Assembly (NCBI RefSeq): GCF_001457595.1
Contig: NZ_LN831039.1
Location: 1,230,001-1,262,000 of the forward strand
Direction of reading: 5' to 3'
Source: Mycolicibacterium smegmatis
Lineage (GTDB): Bacteria; Actinomycetota; Actinomycetes; Mycobacteriales; Mycobacteriaceae
Length of the DNA: 32,000 nucleotides
The translations under genes and the position numbers were made by a program. Below are positions 7,665-15,879 of the stretch, piece after piece. The first letter of the stretch is position 1; each line of letters begins with the position of its first letter. The notes beneath the pieces were generated by a model. That model did no database searches. It had not been told where the DNA came from and was given only the letters and a program-made list of their open reading frames with translations.

Positions 7665-10600
7665 ATGGCTCAGGAACTCGCCGCCGGTTATATCTCGCTG
7701 TCGGTGAAGTACGGCGACTCGATGAAGCAGCTCAACAAGGAGCTGCTGGGCCTGGATGACACCGCGAAGAAGGCCGGTAAGGATGCCGGTAAAGGCTTCT
7801 CGAAGTCGATGGCGCAGTCGGCCAAGCTGGACGCCTCTGATGCGAAGGGTGTCCTGAATCCTCTTGAGGACGAGGCGAAGTCAGCTGGCACGAAGGCCGG
7901 CAAGGGCTTCGGGTCGAAGCTGGTGGACAGCGCCAAGGGCATGTTCAAGTCGAAGTCTGGGGAGCTGACTGAGGGCTTCTCTGGCGGCATGGGCGGCAGC
8001 GGCAAGGAGGCCGCTGAGAACTTTGTCCAGGGCTTCGGCGGCCCTATTGCTTCCCTCGGGACGAAAGCTGGGCCTATCGGCTTGGCGCTGGCAGCCGTGG
8101 GTGGTGTCGCGTTCGCTGCCGGTAGTGTCATCGCTCGCCAGGTCCTGGCCGGTATGGAGCAGGAGCAGCTGGAGGCCAACCTCGCGGCGAAGCTGGGTTT
8201 GTCCCCGCAGCAGGCCGAGAAGATGGGCAAGGCGGCGGGCGAGGCGTACGTCAACAACTTCGGTGAGTCTCGTGAGGCGAACCTGGAGACGATTGAGGTC
8301 GCGTACCAGGCAGGCCTAATCACTGATACCTCGTCTCAGGACGACATCCAGAAGACCATCGAACAGCTCAACACTGTTTCCGAAATCACTGGCGAGAGCC
8401 AGCTGGCTATCGCCCGGTCGGCGAAGCAGTTGGAGCAGACCGGCCTGGTGGACAACCAGACCGAAGCGTTCGACTTGATGGTTCGAGCCCAGCAAAAGGG
8501 CTTGAACGTCAACGAGGACTACCTGGACACCCTCAACGAGTACAGCACCCAGTTCCGCAAGCTGGGCCTGGACGGTCCCGAGGCGTTCGGCCTGATCAAC
8601 CAGGCGATGGAGGGCGGTGCCCGCAACTCGGACCTCGCGGCCGATGCGATCAAGGAATTCTCCATCCGCGCCGTCGATGGGTCGAAGTCAACCCAGGAAG
8701 GGTTTGAGGCTCTCGGCTTGAACGTCGAGGAGACGTCCCAAAAGTTCGCCCGTGGCGGTGAAGAGGCGTCCCAGGCGTTCGGCGACGTGTTGAACCGCCT
8801 GCGGGCCATTGAGGACCCGGTGAAGCGGAACCAGGTCGCGGTGGCCCTGTTCGGTACCCAGGCGGAGGATCTGGGCGACGCCCTCTATGCGATGAACCTG
8901 GGCACTGTCGCCAACGAGATGGACGGCCTGGCTGGTGCGACACAGCGAGCTGCCGACACGATGGGTGGGACTGGCGTCGCCTCGTTTGAGTCGGCGAAGC
9001 GGACCGTCGAGGTCGCCGTCAGCGACATGCAGAGGCAGCTGGCCGAGGTCCTGGGGCCGGCCCTTGAAGATCTCGCCAATTGGTTTGTCGAACACCAGGA
9101 TGACGTGGTCGCGTTCTTCACGAAGATCGGCCAGGCCGCATTGTGGGCAGTGGAGTCCGTGGTTCGGTTCGTCGGCGACGTGATCGACGCGACCGCTGAT
9201 CTGGTTGGCGCGTTCGGCGACATCCAGGGCTGGGTGTTGAAGTTCGAAGCGTGGCAGGCGGACCTCCGTGGCGACCATGAAACTGCGAACGAGTTGCGGG
9301 CGCAGTCGGAAGCCGCTTTCGGTTTGGGCGAGGGCCTGCATGACACCGCCGACAAGTGGCACAACTACGCCGATGGTCTTGCCGATGCGCGGGATGAGAT
9401 GGGCGAGAACCTGGAGCAGACCAGGAAGACCTCCGAGGCCCTTCGCGTCCTCAAAGAGGACCTCACCACCCTGCCTGATGGCAAGACGATTGTTCTGAAG
9501 GACAACTCGGAAGAGACGAAGAAGCGGATGGAGGACCTGGGCTTCACGGTCCAGCGTCTCCCGGACGGCCATCTGACGATCCGCATCGATTACCGCGACC
9601 AGAACGGCAACGTCATCAACCCCAACCAGTTGGGGGTGTCTCAGAGGCAGCAATCGGCCGCTGCGGGCCACGAAGGACCCCGCCAGGGCTTTGCTCGCGG
9701 TGGAATCATCCGGGGCCCCGGATCAGGCACGTCAGATTCGATTCTGGCGTGGCTTTCCAACGGGGAGGGTGTGGTTACCGCTGAGGCGATGCGAAATGGC
9801 GGAGCGGCCCTTGTGGAGGCCCTTAACGCCGGTTGGGTTCCCTCGGCGGAGATGCTGCACGACCTTTTACCGGGTTTCGCCCAAGGTGGCATCGCTGGGG
9901 CCATTTCCTTCGCTCAACAGTTCGCAGGCCGCCGGTACATCTACGGCGGCACCGGACCGGACGGGTTCGACTGCTCGGGTTTCATGTCCGCCATCTACGG
10001 CGTGCTGACTGGACAGGACCCGTTCCACCGGTACTTCACCACCGAATCCAACTTTGAGGCCCTGGGCTTCCAACCCGGGTTCCAACCGGGTGCCTTCAAC
10101 ATCGGCATCAGTCGCGGCGGCGGCGGCAAGAACTCGCACATGGCCGGCACTCTGCCGAACGGTGTGAATGTCGAGTCGGGTGGCAACAGCCCGTTCGCCA
10201 AGTACGGTGGCGACGCCCGGGGTGCGATGGACTTCCCGCTGAAGTTCTTCCTCCCCGTGACCGGCAACCCTCTCGGTGGGGCCTTCGGTAGCTCCTGGGG
10301 CGGTGGCGGTGGTGCTGGTTCCTGGGGTGGCGGTGGTGCCAGCGCCAAGCAGATCCAAGGTGCCCAGGACAAGGTGACGGACCTGGAAGGCCGGCTCGCC
10401 GTCGCGGAGCAGAAGCTCAAGGAGACCGAGGCCAACCCGGACGCCAAAGAGTCCGACCTGATGTCCAAGCGGAACGATGTTGAGAAGCACCGCCGCGAGC
10501 TGGGCCAGGCCAAGCAAGAGCTTGACGGCCTGATGGCCCAGGGTTCGGGCACGGGGTCATCTCTGTCCGATTCCAGCAACCCGTACGTGCGGATCATCGA

Positions 10601-11141
10601 GGCGATCAAGGAGATCCTGCCCGACTTTGGCCAGTTGGCCGACATCGGCGTGGAGGGCTTGAAGGAAACACTCCTTCCGCCCGGGTTCTCCGATCCCACT
10701 GGGTGGGGCATCTTCCAGGCCGGTTCCGGCATCCTCGGGTTCCTCGCCAGCATCATCCCGGACCCCATCGCCAGGGGCATCCTCTCCATCGGGTCAAACG
10801 CCTTGGGTGGCAGCGGTTCCGGCACGGTCAACGCGATCCAAAGCTTGATCCCGGCCCCGTTCGGGGACCTGCAAGTAGGCTCCCCGGATCTCATGCCGGA
10901 AGACTTCGCCGCCACTCAGCACACCGGCTCGGGAGGTATTCCGAACCCGGCGAACCTCGCTTCGGCGTTCACCCCGGACCCGGCCGCGAACGGTGGCGGG
11001 CAGACGGTCAACAACGACAACTCGATCCACATCGGTGAGGGCGGTCAAGTTGGCGTCGATCCCGTTGCGATGCAGGACAAGTCGCAGCGGCAGCAGCGTG
11101 CTCAGCAAGCGCCCCATCTAGGAACTAGAAGGTACATCTAG
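7665..11141 (+). CDS. Tape measure protein with embedded NlpC/P60-like peptidase domain
   Basis: 1158 aa, longest ORF; Gly/Ala/Lys-rich N-terminus, central hydrophobic segments, and YIYGGTGPDGFDCSGFMSAIYG with later NSHMAGTLPNGVNVESGG. Confidence 0.93.
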   Translation: MAQELAAGYISLSVKYGDSMKQLNKELLGLDDTAKKAGKDAGKGFSKSMAQSAKLDASDAKGVLNPLEDEAKSAGTKAGKGFGSKLVDSAKGMFKSKSGELTEGFSGGMGGSGKEAAENFVQGFGGPIASLGTKAGPIGLALAAVGGVAFAAGSVIARQVLAGMEQEQLEANLAAKLGLSPQQAEKMGKAAGEAYVNNFGESREANLETIEVAYQAGLITDTSSQDDIQKTIEQLNTVSEITGESQLAIARSAKQLEQTGLVDNQTEAFDLMVRAQQKGLNVNEDYLDTLNEYSTQFRKLGLDGPEAFGLINQAMEGGARNSDLAADAIKEFSIRAVDGSKSTQEGFEALGLNVEETSQKFARGGEEASQAFGDVLNRLRAIEDPVKRNQVAVALFGTQAEDLGDALYAMNLGTVANEMDGLAGATQRAADTMGGTGVASFESAKRTVEVAVSDMQRQLAEVLGPALEDLANWFVEHQDDVVAFFTKIGQAALWAVESVVRFVGDVIDATADLVGAFGDIQGWVLKFEAWQADLRGDHETANELRAQSEAAFGLGEGLHDTADKWHNYADGLADARDEMGENLEQTRKTSEALRVLKEDLTTLPDGKTIVLKDNSEETKKRMEDLGFTVQRLPDGHLTIRIDYRDQNGNVINPNQLGVSQRQQSAAAGHEGPRQGFARGGIIRGPGSGTSDSILAWLSNGEGVVTAEAMRNGGAALVEALNAGWVPSAEMLHDLLPGFAQGGIAGAISFAQQFAGRRYIYGGTGPDGFDCSGFMSAIYGVLTGQDPFHRYFTTESNFEALGFQPGFQPGAFNIGISRGGGGKNSHMAGTLPNGVNVESGGNSPFAKYGGDARGAMDFPLKFFLPVTGNPLGGAFGSSWGGGGGAGSWGGGGASAKQIQGAQDKVTDLEGRLAVAEQKLKETEANPDAKESDLMSKRNDVEKHRRELGQAKQELDGLMAQGSGTGSSLSDSSNPYVRIIEAIKEILPDFGQLADIGVEGLKETLLPPGFSDPTGWGIFQAGSGILGFLASIIPDPIARGILSIGSNALGGSGSGTVNAIQSLIPAPFGDLQVGSPDLMPEDFAATQHTGSGGIPNPANLASAFTPDPAANGGGQTVNNDNSIHIGEGGQVGVDPVAMQDKSQRQQRAQQAPHLGTRRYI

Positions 11142-11143
11142 GA

Positions 11144-12259
11144 ATGTCGTCCCCGACTCCACAGACGGGGCCTCCGACGACCAACTTCTTCGCTCTGGAC
11201 AAACGGCTCCAGGGGCTTGAGACGAAGGTTGTTTACATCGGGATTCCCGGACCGGACGGCAAACGTCCGTACTGGGACCTGTGGGGGCCTAACGCAGGTA
11301 TCCAGGGAGCCTCACTCGCTCCGCAGGTCTTCGGGCTTATGCATGTCCCGTTCACCCAGCTCATTTCCGAGGGGCCGTACCAGGTGGGCGGCACCCACGA
11401 GCGGGTGGACTGGCGGAAACGGGAGATCAACTTCACCGTCCAGGTGGGCGTTGGCCAGCCCGACACCGTCTTCCGGTACCGGATGGTGGAGCAGCGGTGG
11501 TGGCAGTCCTGGTCGGCCACCGAGGACGGGTACATCGGGGTCTACACCCGCACGCACGGGTGGAGGTTTCTGAGGGTTCGCCTCGCGGAGGAGCCGAAGA
11601 CCGCGTTCATGCTGGACCCGGCTGCCATGGGGAACAACTTCATGGAGTGGGAGATGGCCGCGGTTGCGGTTCAACCCTACTGGGCCAAGCGAATTGAAAC
11701 TTCGCAGTGGAAGAACGACGGCGAGGGTGACGGCGGCATCCCGCACACCCCGTGGGACGAACTCGAAGAACTCATCGAAGACATCCTGGAGGGTTTGATC
11801 CCGGGCATCTCCAACTTGATCCCGGGGATGCACATCGGTGAGGGCAGCATTGTCATCCCGAACCGAGGCAGCGAGACAACTTGGCCGAAGTTCCTCGTTT
11901 CGAGTCCCGGCCGCGCCTGGATCGAGGACGGCCCCGGTGGGCGGATGGTGGAGCTGCCGCTCCTCACCCCGCAGGACGGCTACGTGCTGGTGGACACTGA
12001 TCCCACGGCCCGAAGCCTCACGGCGGCAACTGATCCTGTTGATCCGTTGTTCTTCAGGATCGCCCGCAACAGTCAGCTGTTGGACTTCCTGCTGCACGAC
12101 ATCACTCATTCGACCCTTCCGGTGTGGCGTCGGTTCAATGGTCGCTTCACCACTCCGTGGCCCGCGAAATCGGTGTGCCGCATCAAGGTTCGCCACTCGA
12201 ACGCGGGCGGATCGATCACGGCGTTCATGCCGCAGCGGTTCAACATGGCGTTCGCCTAA
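11144..12259 (+). CDS. Distal tail (Dit-like) minor tail protein
   Basis: 371 aa immediately after tape measure; YIGIPGPDGKRPYWDLWGPNAG...YQVGGTHERVDWRKREINFTVQVG as in actinophage first minor tail proteins. Confidence 0.8.
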   Translation: MSSPTPQTGPPTTNFFALDKRLQGLETKVVYIGIPGPDGKRPYWDLWGPNAGIQGASLAPQVFGLMHVPFTQLISEGPYQVGGTHERVDWRKREINFTVQVGVGQPDTVFRYRMVEQRWWQSWSATEDGYIGVYTRTHGWRFLRVRLAEEPKTAFMLDPAAMGNNFMEWEMAAVAVQPYWAKRIETSQWKNDGEGDGGIPHTPWDELEELIEDILEGLIPGISNLIPGMHIGEGSIVIPNRGSETTWPKFLVSSPGRAWIEDGPGGRMVELPLLTPQDGYVLVDTDPTARSLTAATDPVDPLFFRIARNSQLLDFLLHDITHSTLPVWRRFNGRFTTPWPAKSVCRIKVRHSNAGGSITAFMPQRFNMAFA

Positions 12260-12276
12260 ATCCCTTTGGTTGCAGA

Positions 12277-14139
12277 TTGATCGACTTCCCTGATTTCTCT
12301 ATCGACTTCAACAGGGCGTTGGCGGCAATCCCGGAGCACATCGTTGGTCAGCACGGGGTTCCCGACCTGACCGACCCGATGTCTACCTATCGGTACCTGG
12401 AGAAGCGTCGCGAGACCATCATCAATTCGGTTCGCCAGCGTCCCCTTCTCCGGTTGTGGGACAAGAACTGGAATTACATCGGCCAGATCGCCCAGGAGCA
12501 GTCGGTGATGGTTGAGGAGGTGATGGCCGACTCCGGTGCGGGCACGTGTGTGATCCGCCGCGACAACTGGCTGTCGGACTTCATTCTGTACGACCGCCGC
12601 GTGGAGGAGGACATTCACTTCACGCTGGACCCGATTGCCACCAAGCCGGATTGGCGGACCCGCTGGGGCGGGAAGGTCATCGGGGTCAATGCCAAACGTG
12701 ACGCCCAGGGCCTCCACACCGTCGAACTGGAGATGGTGAGCAACCGGGAGCATCTGAAACACCTCCTGGCTGGCGCGAATCCACTGTTTCCGCCCGAGGT
12801 GCAGTTCCCGAAGATGTGGGTCCTGCCGTGGAACTGCCGCACCGCTTTGAGCATCACGATGTTCATCAACTTGGCTCGACAGTTCTTCCCATTCCTGTCG
12901 ATCCCGACGAACATCTTCAACCCGGGTGGCTGGCTCGGTGTGGGGGCGGCGGGCGTGAACCCGTTGTCGTGGCCGATTCAGGTGCAGTTCCTGAACCCGG
13001 TGTTTGACCAGTCGCGGTTCACGATCTTCACGTCCCGCTGGTCGGACATGCACAGCACCTCGGCTCCGCTGCTGGAGGACGCGGGCTGCATGATCCGGGC
13101 CTACACGTGGCTGACGGAGGACGAGGAGTCCCCCCACCCGGAGCTGAAGCTGGGCCTGAAGAACATTCCGATTGCCGGTCCGATCCTGAAGGAGATCGGT
13201 GAGAAAACCGGGCTGCCCACGGATCTCGATGAACTAGCTCGACCGACCCGCAACTGCATTGTGATGGCGGTGGAGGACAAGTCGGGCACCACCGGCCCGA
13301 CCGGCACCTTCCTGGACGGCCCAATCAAGCTGATCGCCTCCACCGCGGACGACATGATCACCGAGACCATCTCCAGCGTCGTGGACCTCGACAAGGACAA
13401 GGACGGCGAGACGGACCCGTTCTTCCGCAAGCTTGCCCTGGTGGCACCGGAACCTCCGTGGGTGGTGTTCCACGACGGCGAGTATTCGGGAATCGTTGAG
13501 GCACAACGCTCTATGCATGGCGCGACCGCGAAGACGATCATGGTGGGCTCTAAGAGTCCCGCCTGGGTGAACCAGCTCCAAACCTTTGCGATCAAGTATG
13601 GGCTGTCCCAGATCCAGGCGGTCATCACCGCAGGCATCATTGAGCAGGTCGGTGAAGCGCCTGTCGGTTCGGGCCTCGAAGAGGTTTATCAGGGCCAGTT
13701 GGACGACACTCTGCTTGCCTGGCAACGGTTTACAGATCCGATCCGGGCGATCCGCATGGGTGACTTCGGTTTCCTGGAGCACTTCGAGAAGGGTTCCGGT
13801 TCAGCCTACACCGTCTCTGGTGTGCTGGATCTGCGGAGTGGCCACTGGAAGACCAGGGCCTACACCAGTTTCAAGACCACGATCCGCAACGGTGCCCCCT
13901 ACCTGGTGGGCTATGACTTCCAGTTGGGGGATCGGCTGGCGTTCCAGATGGCGAACGTCCTGCACGTCGATCAATGCACCGCCATCCGCTACTCGTGGGA
14001 CAAGTCCAACCCGATCACGGTGCAGCTGTCCATCGGTCGGGATGTGGAAGAGGAAGACCCGGTCGCACGGGCAACCCGAACAATCGCAGCCGCATGGAAC
14101 ACTATCGGCTTCCTGCTTGGGTCCCAAGACCTGTTCTGA
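12277..14139 (+). CDS. Minor tail protein, siphovirus ReqiPepy6 Gp37-like
   Basis: About 620 aa if TTG 12277 (MIDFPDFSIDFNRALAAIPEHIV) is used; second protein after tape measure; KRRETIINSVRQRPLLRLWDKNW and ENVVSSVVDLDKDKDGETDPFFRKLA-type sequence resembles this family. Tracked start 12124 lies inside the upstream gene. Confidence 0.75.
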   Translation: MIDFPDFSIDFNRALAAIPEHIVGQHGVPDLTDPMSTYRYLEKRRETIINSVRQRPLLRLWDKNWNYIGQIAQEQSVMVEEVMADSGAGTCVIRRDNWLSDFILYDRRVEEDIHFTLDPIATKPDWRTRWGGKVIGVNAKRDAQGLHTVELEMVSNREHLKHLLAGANPLFPPEVQFPKMWVLPWNCRTALSITMFINLARQFFPFLSIPTNIFNPGGWLGVGAAGVNPLSWPIQVQFLNPVFDQSRFTIFTSRWSDMHSTSAPLLEDAGCMIRAYTWLTEDEESPHPELKLGLKNIPIAGPILKEIGEKTGLPTDLDELARPTRNCIVMAVEDKSGTTGPTGTFLDGPIKLIASTADDMITETISSVVDLDKDKDGETDPFFRKLALVAPEPPWVVFHDGEYSGIVEAQRSMHGATAKTIMVGSKSPAWVNQLQTFAIKYGLSQIQAVITAGIIEQVGEAPVGSGLEEVYQGQLDDTLLAWQRFTDPIRAIRMGDFGFLEHFEKGSGSAYTVSGVLDLRSGHWKTRAYTSFKTTIRNGAPYLVGYDFQLGDRLAFQMANVLHVDQCTAIRYSWDKSNPITVQLSIGRDVEEEDPVARATRTIAAAWNTIGFLLGSQDLF

Positions 14140-14151
14140 GAAGGAAATCCA

Positions 14152-14319
14152 TTGAAACTCAAGCTTGAAGGCCACCTCGCCACCGAGGAAGAGCTGGACG
14201 AACTGGTCCTCGGCGAGGACGACGCCGGCCGCACCTGGTGGGTGGACTTCACATGGTTCATCTGGTCCGGGAAGGGCTGGGTCAAGGCCATCGCCACCAC
14301 GGAGGGCCCGAATGCCTGA
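14152..14319 (+). CDS. Small hypothetical phage protein (55 aa), not in supplied ORF track
   Basis: TTG start after GAAGGAAA RBS; MKLKLEGHLATEEELDELVLGEDDAGRTWWVDFTWFIWSGKGWVKAIATTEGPNA; stop overlaps the next gene's start region, filling the only gap. Confidence 0.6.
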   Translation: MKLKLEGHLATEEELDELVLGEDDAGRTWWVDFTWFIWSGKGWVKAIATTEGPNA

Positions 14320-14788
14320 CGCCTTCCACCAGGCCTACCTGGCTCGCGTCTACAAGCAGATGCTGGACGACCTGCACTACCCGGTGTCAAAGAACGGCGA
14401 CATCATGGACGCCTCCGCCGTGAAGGCGTGGGTGTGCTGGCATCTCGTGCGGTGCGGGTGGCGTAAGCCGAACAATACGGACGGCTTCGCCCTGGTCGAG
14501 GACTATGACGATCCGCTGATCAAACCGCGGAAGGTGTACGGCCCCGGCATCGTGGAGGACGCGGTCACCTGGGTGCCGGCCACCGACCCGGATGACCCGT
14601 TGCAGAACTTGGAGTCGATGACAGTCGCCGAAATCGAGGCACTGCCAGACGATTTGAAGGTCGAGGCGAAGCGTCGTCTCGGACTTATCCCGCCGCAGCC
14701 GCAGCCCTCCGAGGAGGGGTGGTCTGTGAAGCCTTTCATCACCATCACTGAAGCCGACGACGTCGATGACGACACTCGTTGGGTCTGA
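14312..14788 (+). CDS. Conserved phage hypothetical protein in tail module
   Basis: ATG 14312 in frame of tracked ORF 14165-14788, overlapping the end of the 55-aa ORF; MPDAFHQAYLARVYKQMLDDLHYPVSKNGDIMDASAVKAWVCW. Confidence 0.65.
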   Translation: MPDAFHQAYLARVYKQMLDDLHYPVSKNGDIMDASAVKAWVCWHLVRCGWRKPNNTDGFALVEDYDDPLIKPRKVYGPGIVEDAVTWVPATDPDDPLQNLESMTVAEIEALPDDLKVEAKRRLGLIPPQPQPSEEGWSVKPFITITEADDVDDDTRWV

Positions 14789-14799
14789 GAGGAATAAGC

Positions 14800-15879
14800 A
14801 TGACTAGCCCTGGTGATTCTGTCTACTTGGGTTCGATCCTCACGAATGTTCACCTCTGGGGGATTATCAGCGACCTGGACACTCCGTCCATGATGTCGGG
14901 GTCCTTCGAGATCCTCGGCAACGACGGTGCGGTGACCCTGGACGCCCTGGTGGGGCCGCAGGGTGTCCCCGGTCAGAACGCCCCCATCGTGAAGATGCAG
15001 TGGTCTTCGATTGAGGACCCGGAGGACCTTCCCGACAACCTGACCGACGACGATGTTGATGTCGGCAAGGCCTGGTGGATCGGCAACCAGGTGTACGTGT
15101 GGGACGGCGAACAGTACCGCATCCGCGCCATGGGTACGCAGGGCCCGCCCGGGCCGGTGCCGAACATCACGCCCTCGGTGCAGCTGCTGGACCCGGACGA
15201 CGACGACCTGGAGTCGGAGATCGTGGTCAGCGGTACGGCCGCCAATCCGGGCTGGCTACTGAAGCTGAAGGCCCCGCGTGGCCCGCAGGGTGAGAACGCC
15301 ACGATCCGTGACGCCACCGACTACGACGACAGTGAGCCGCCTGAGATCGGCGAAGCCATTGTGTGGAACGGGCAGAACTTCCAGGCCCAGCCCATCGGCA
15401 ACATCATGCCGAAGTTCTACTCGGTGCCGCAGGCCAACTTCACGAACTTCACCGGCATCACGACCCGCCAGCAGATCGCCTCGGTGGTGATCCCGCCGCA
15501 GGAGTTCGACTGGGTGCCGTACGTGACTGGACACATCCGTGCGGTCGGCGTGGAGGCCGACTCTGATCCGCTGATCCTCGGTTGCGAGGTGAGGTTGGGG
15601 CATCCGTCTTCGGGTGTGCTGATTGCTCGCGGTTTCGGCAACAGCTCCACGTGGACGACCATCGTGCCGCACTTCTCTTCGCCGGGTTCCCCGAACGATG
15701 CGATCACCCCGGACAACAACGTCGCGGTGGTGCCGGCCGGTGCAACAGGTTCTGAGACCACGATCTATGTGAACCTGTTCAACGACGGCATCGCGGGTGT
15801 CTACGCCTTCAACAAGAACAACGCCCAGTTGTCGGTTCTCTGCATTCCGGTGAGTGGGTTCGCCCTCGGGGGCTCGTAA
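14800..15879 (+). CDS. Minor tail protein with short collagen-like Gly-X-Y segments
   Basis: ATG 14800 after AGAGGAAT; contains GPQGVPGQ, TQGPPGPVPN, APRGPQGENA; tail module context. Confidence 0.75.
   Translation: MTSPGDSVYLGSILTNVHLWGIISDLDTPSMMSGSFEILGNDGAVTLDALVGPQGVPGQNAPIVKMQWSSIEDPEDLPDNLTDDDVDVGKAWWIGNQVYVWDGEQYRIRAMGTQGPPGPVPNITPSVQLLDPDDDDLESEIVVSGTAANPGWLLKLKAPRGPQGENATIRDATDYDDSEPPEIGEAIVWNGQNFQAQPIGNIMPKFYSVPQANFTNFTGITTRQQIASVVIPPQEFDWVPYVTGHIRAVGVEADSDPLILGCEVRLGHPSSGVLIARGFGNSSTWTTIVPHFSSPGSPNDAITPDNNVAVVPAGATGSETTIYVNLFNDGIAGVYAFNKNNAQLSVLCIPVSGFALGGS

Noticed and set aside
8688-10915. Long minus-strand ORFs (8688-9671 and 9995-10915) opposite the tape measure gene
   Set aside because: They lie fully antisense to a strongly supported tape measure ORF. 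They are typical shadow ORFs of high-GC coding sequence, with Pro/Arg/Ser-rich low-information proteins.
11107-11143. Short direct repeat CATCTAGGAA around the tape measure stop
   Set aside because: Two approximate 10-bp copies within 40 bp are explained by coding sequence (LGTRRYI) plus the intergenic SD region, with no further support.
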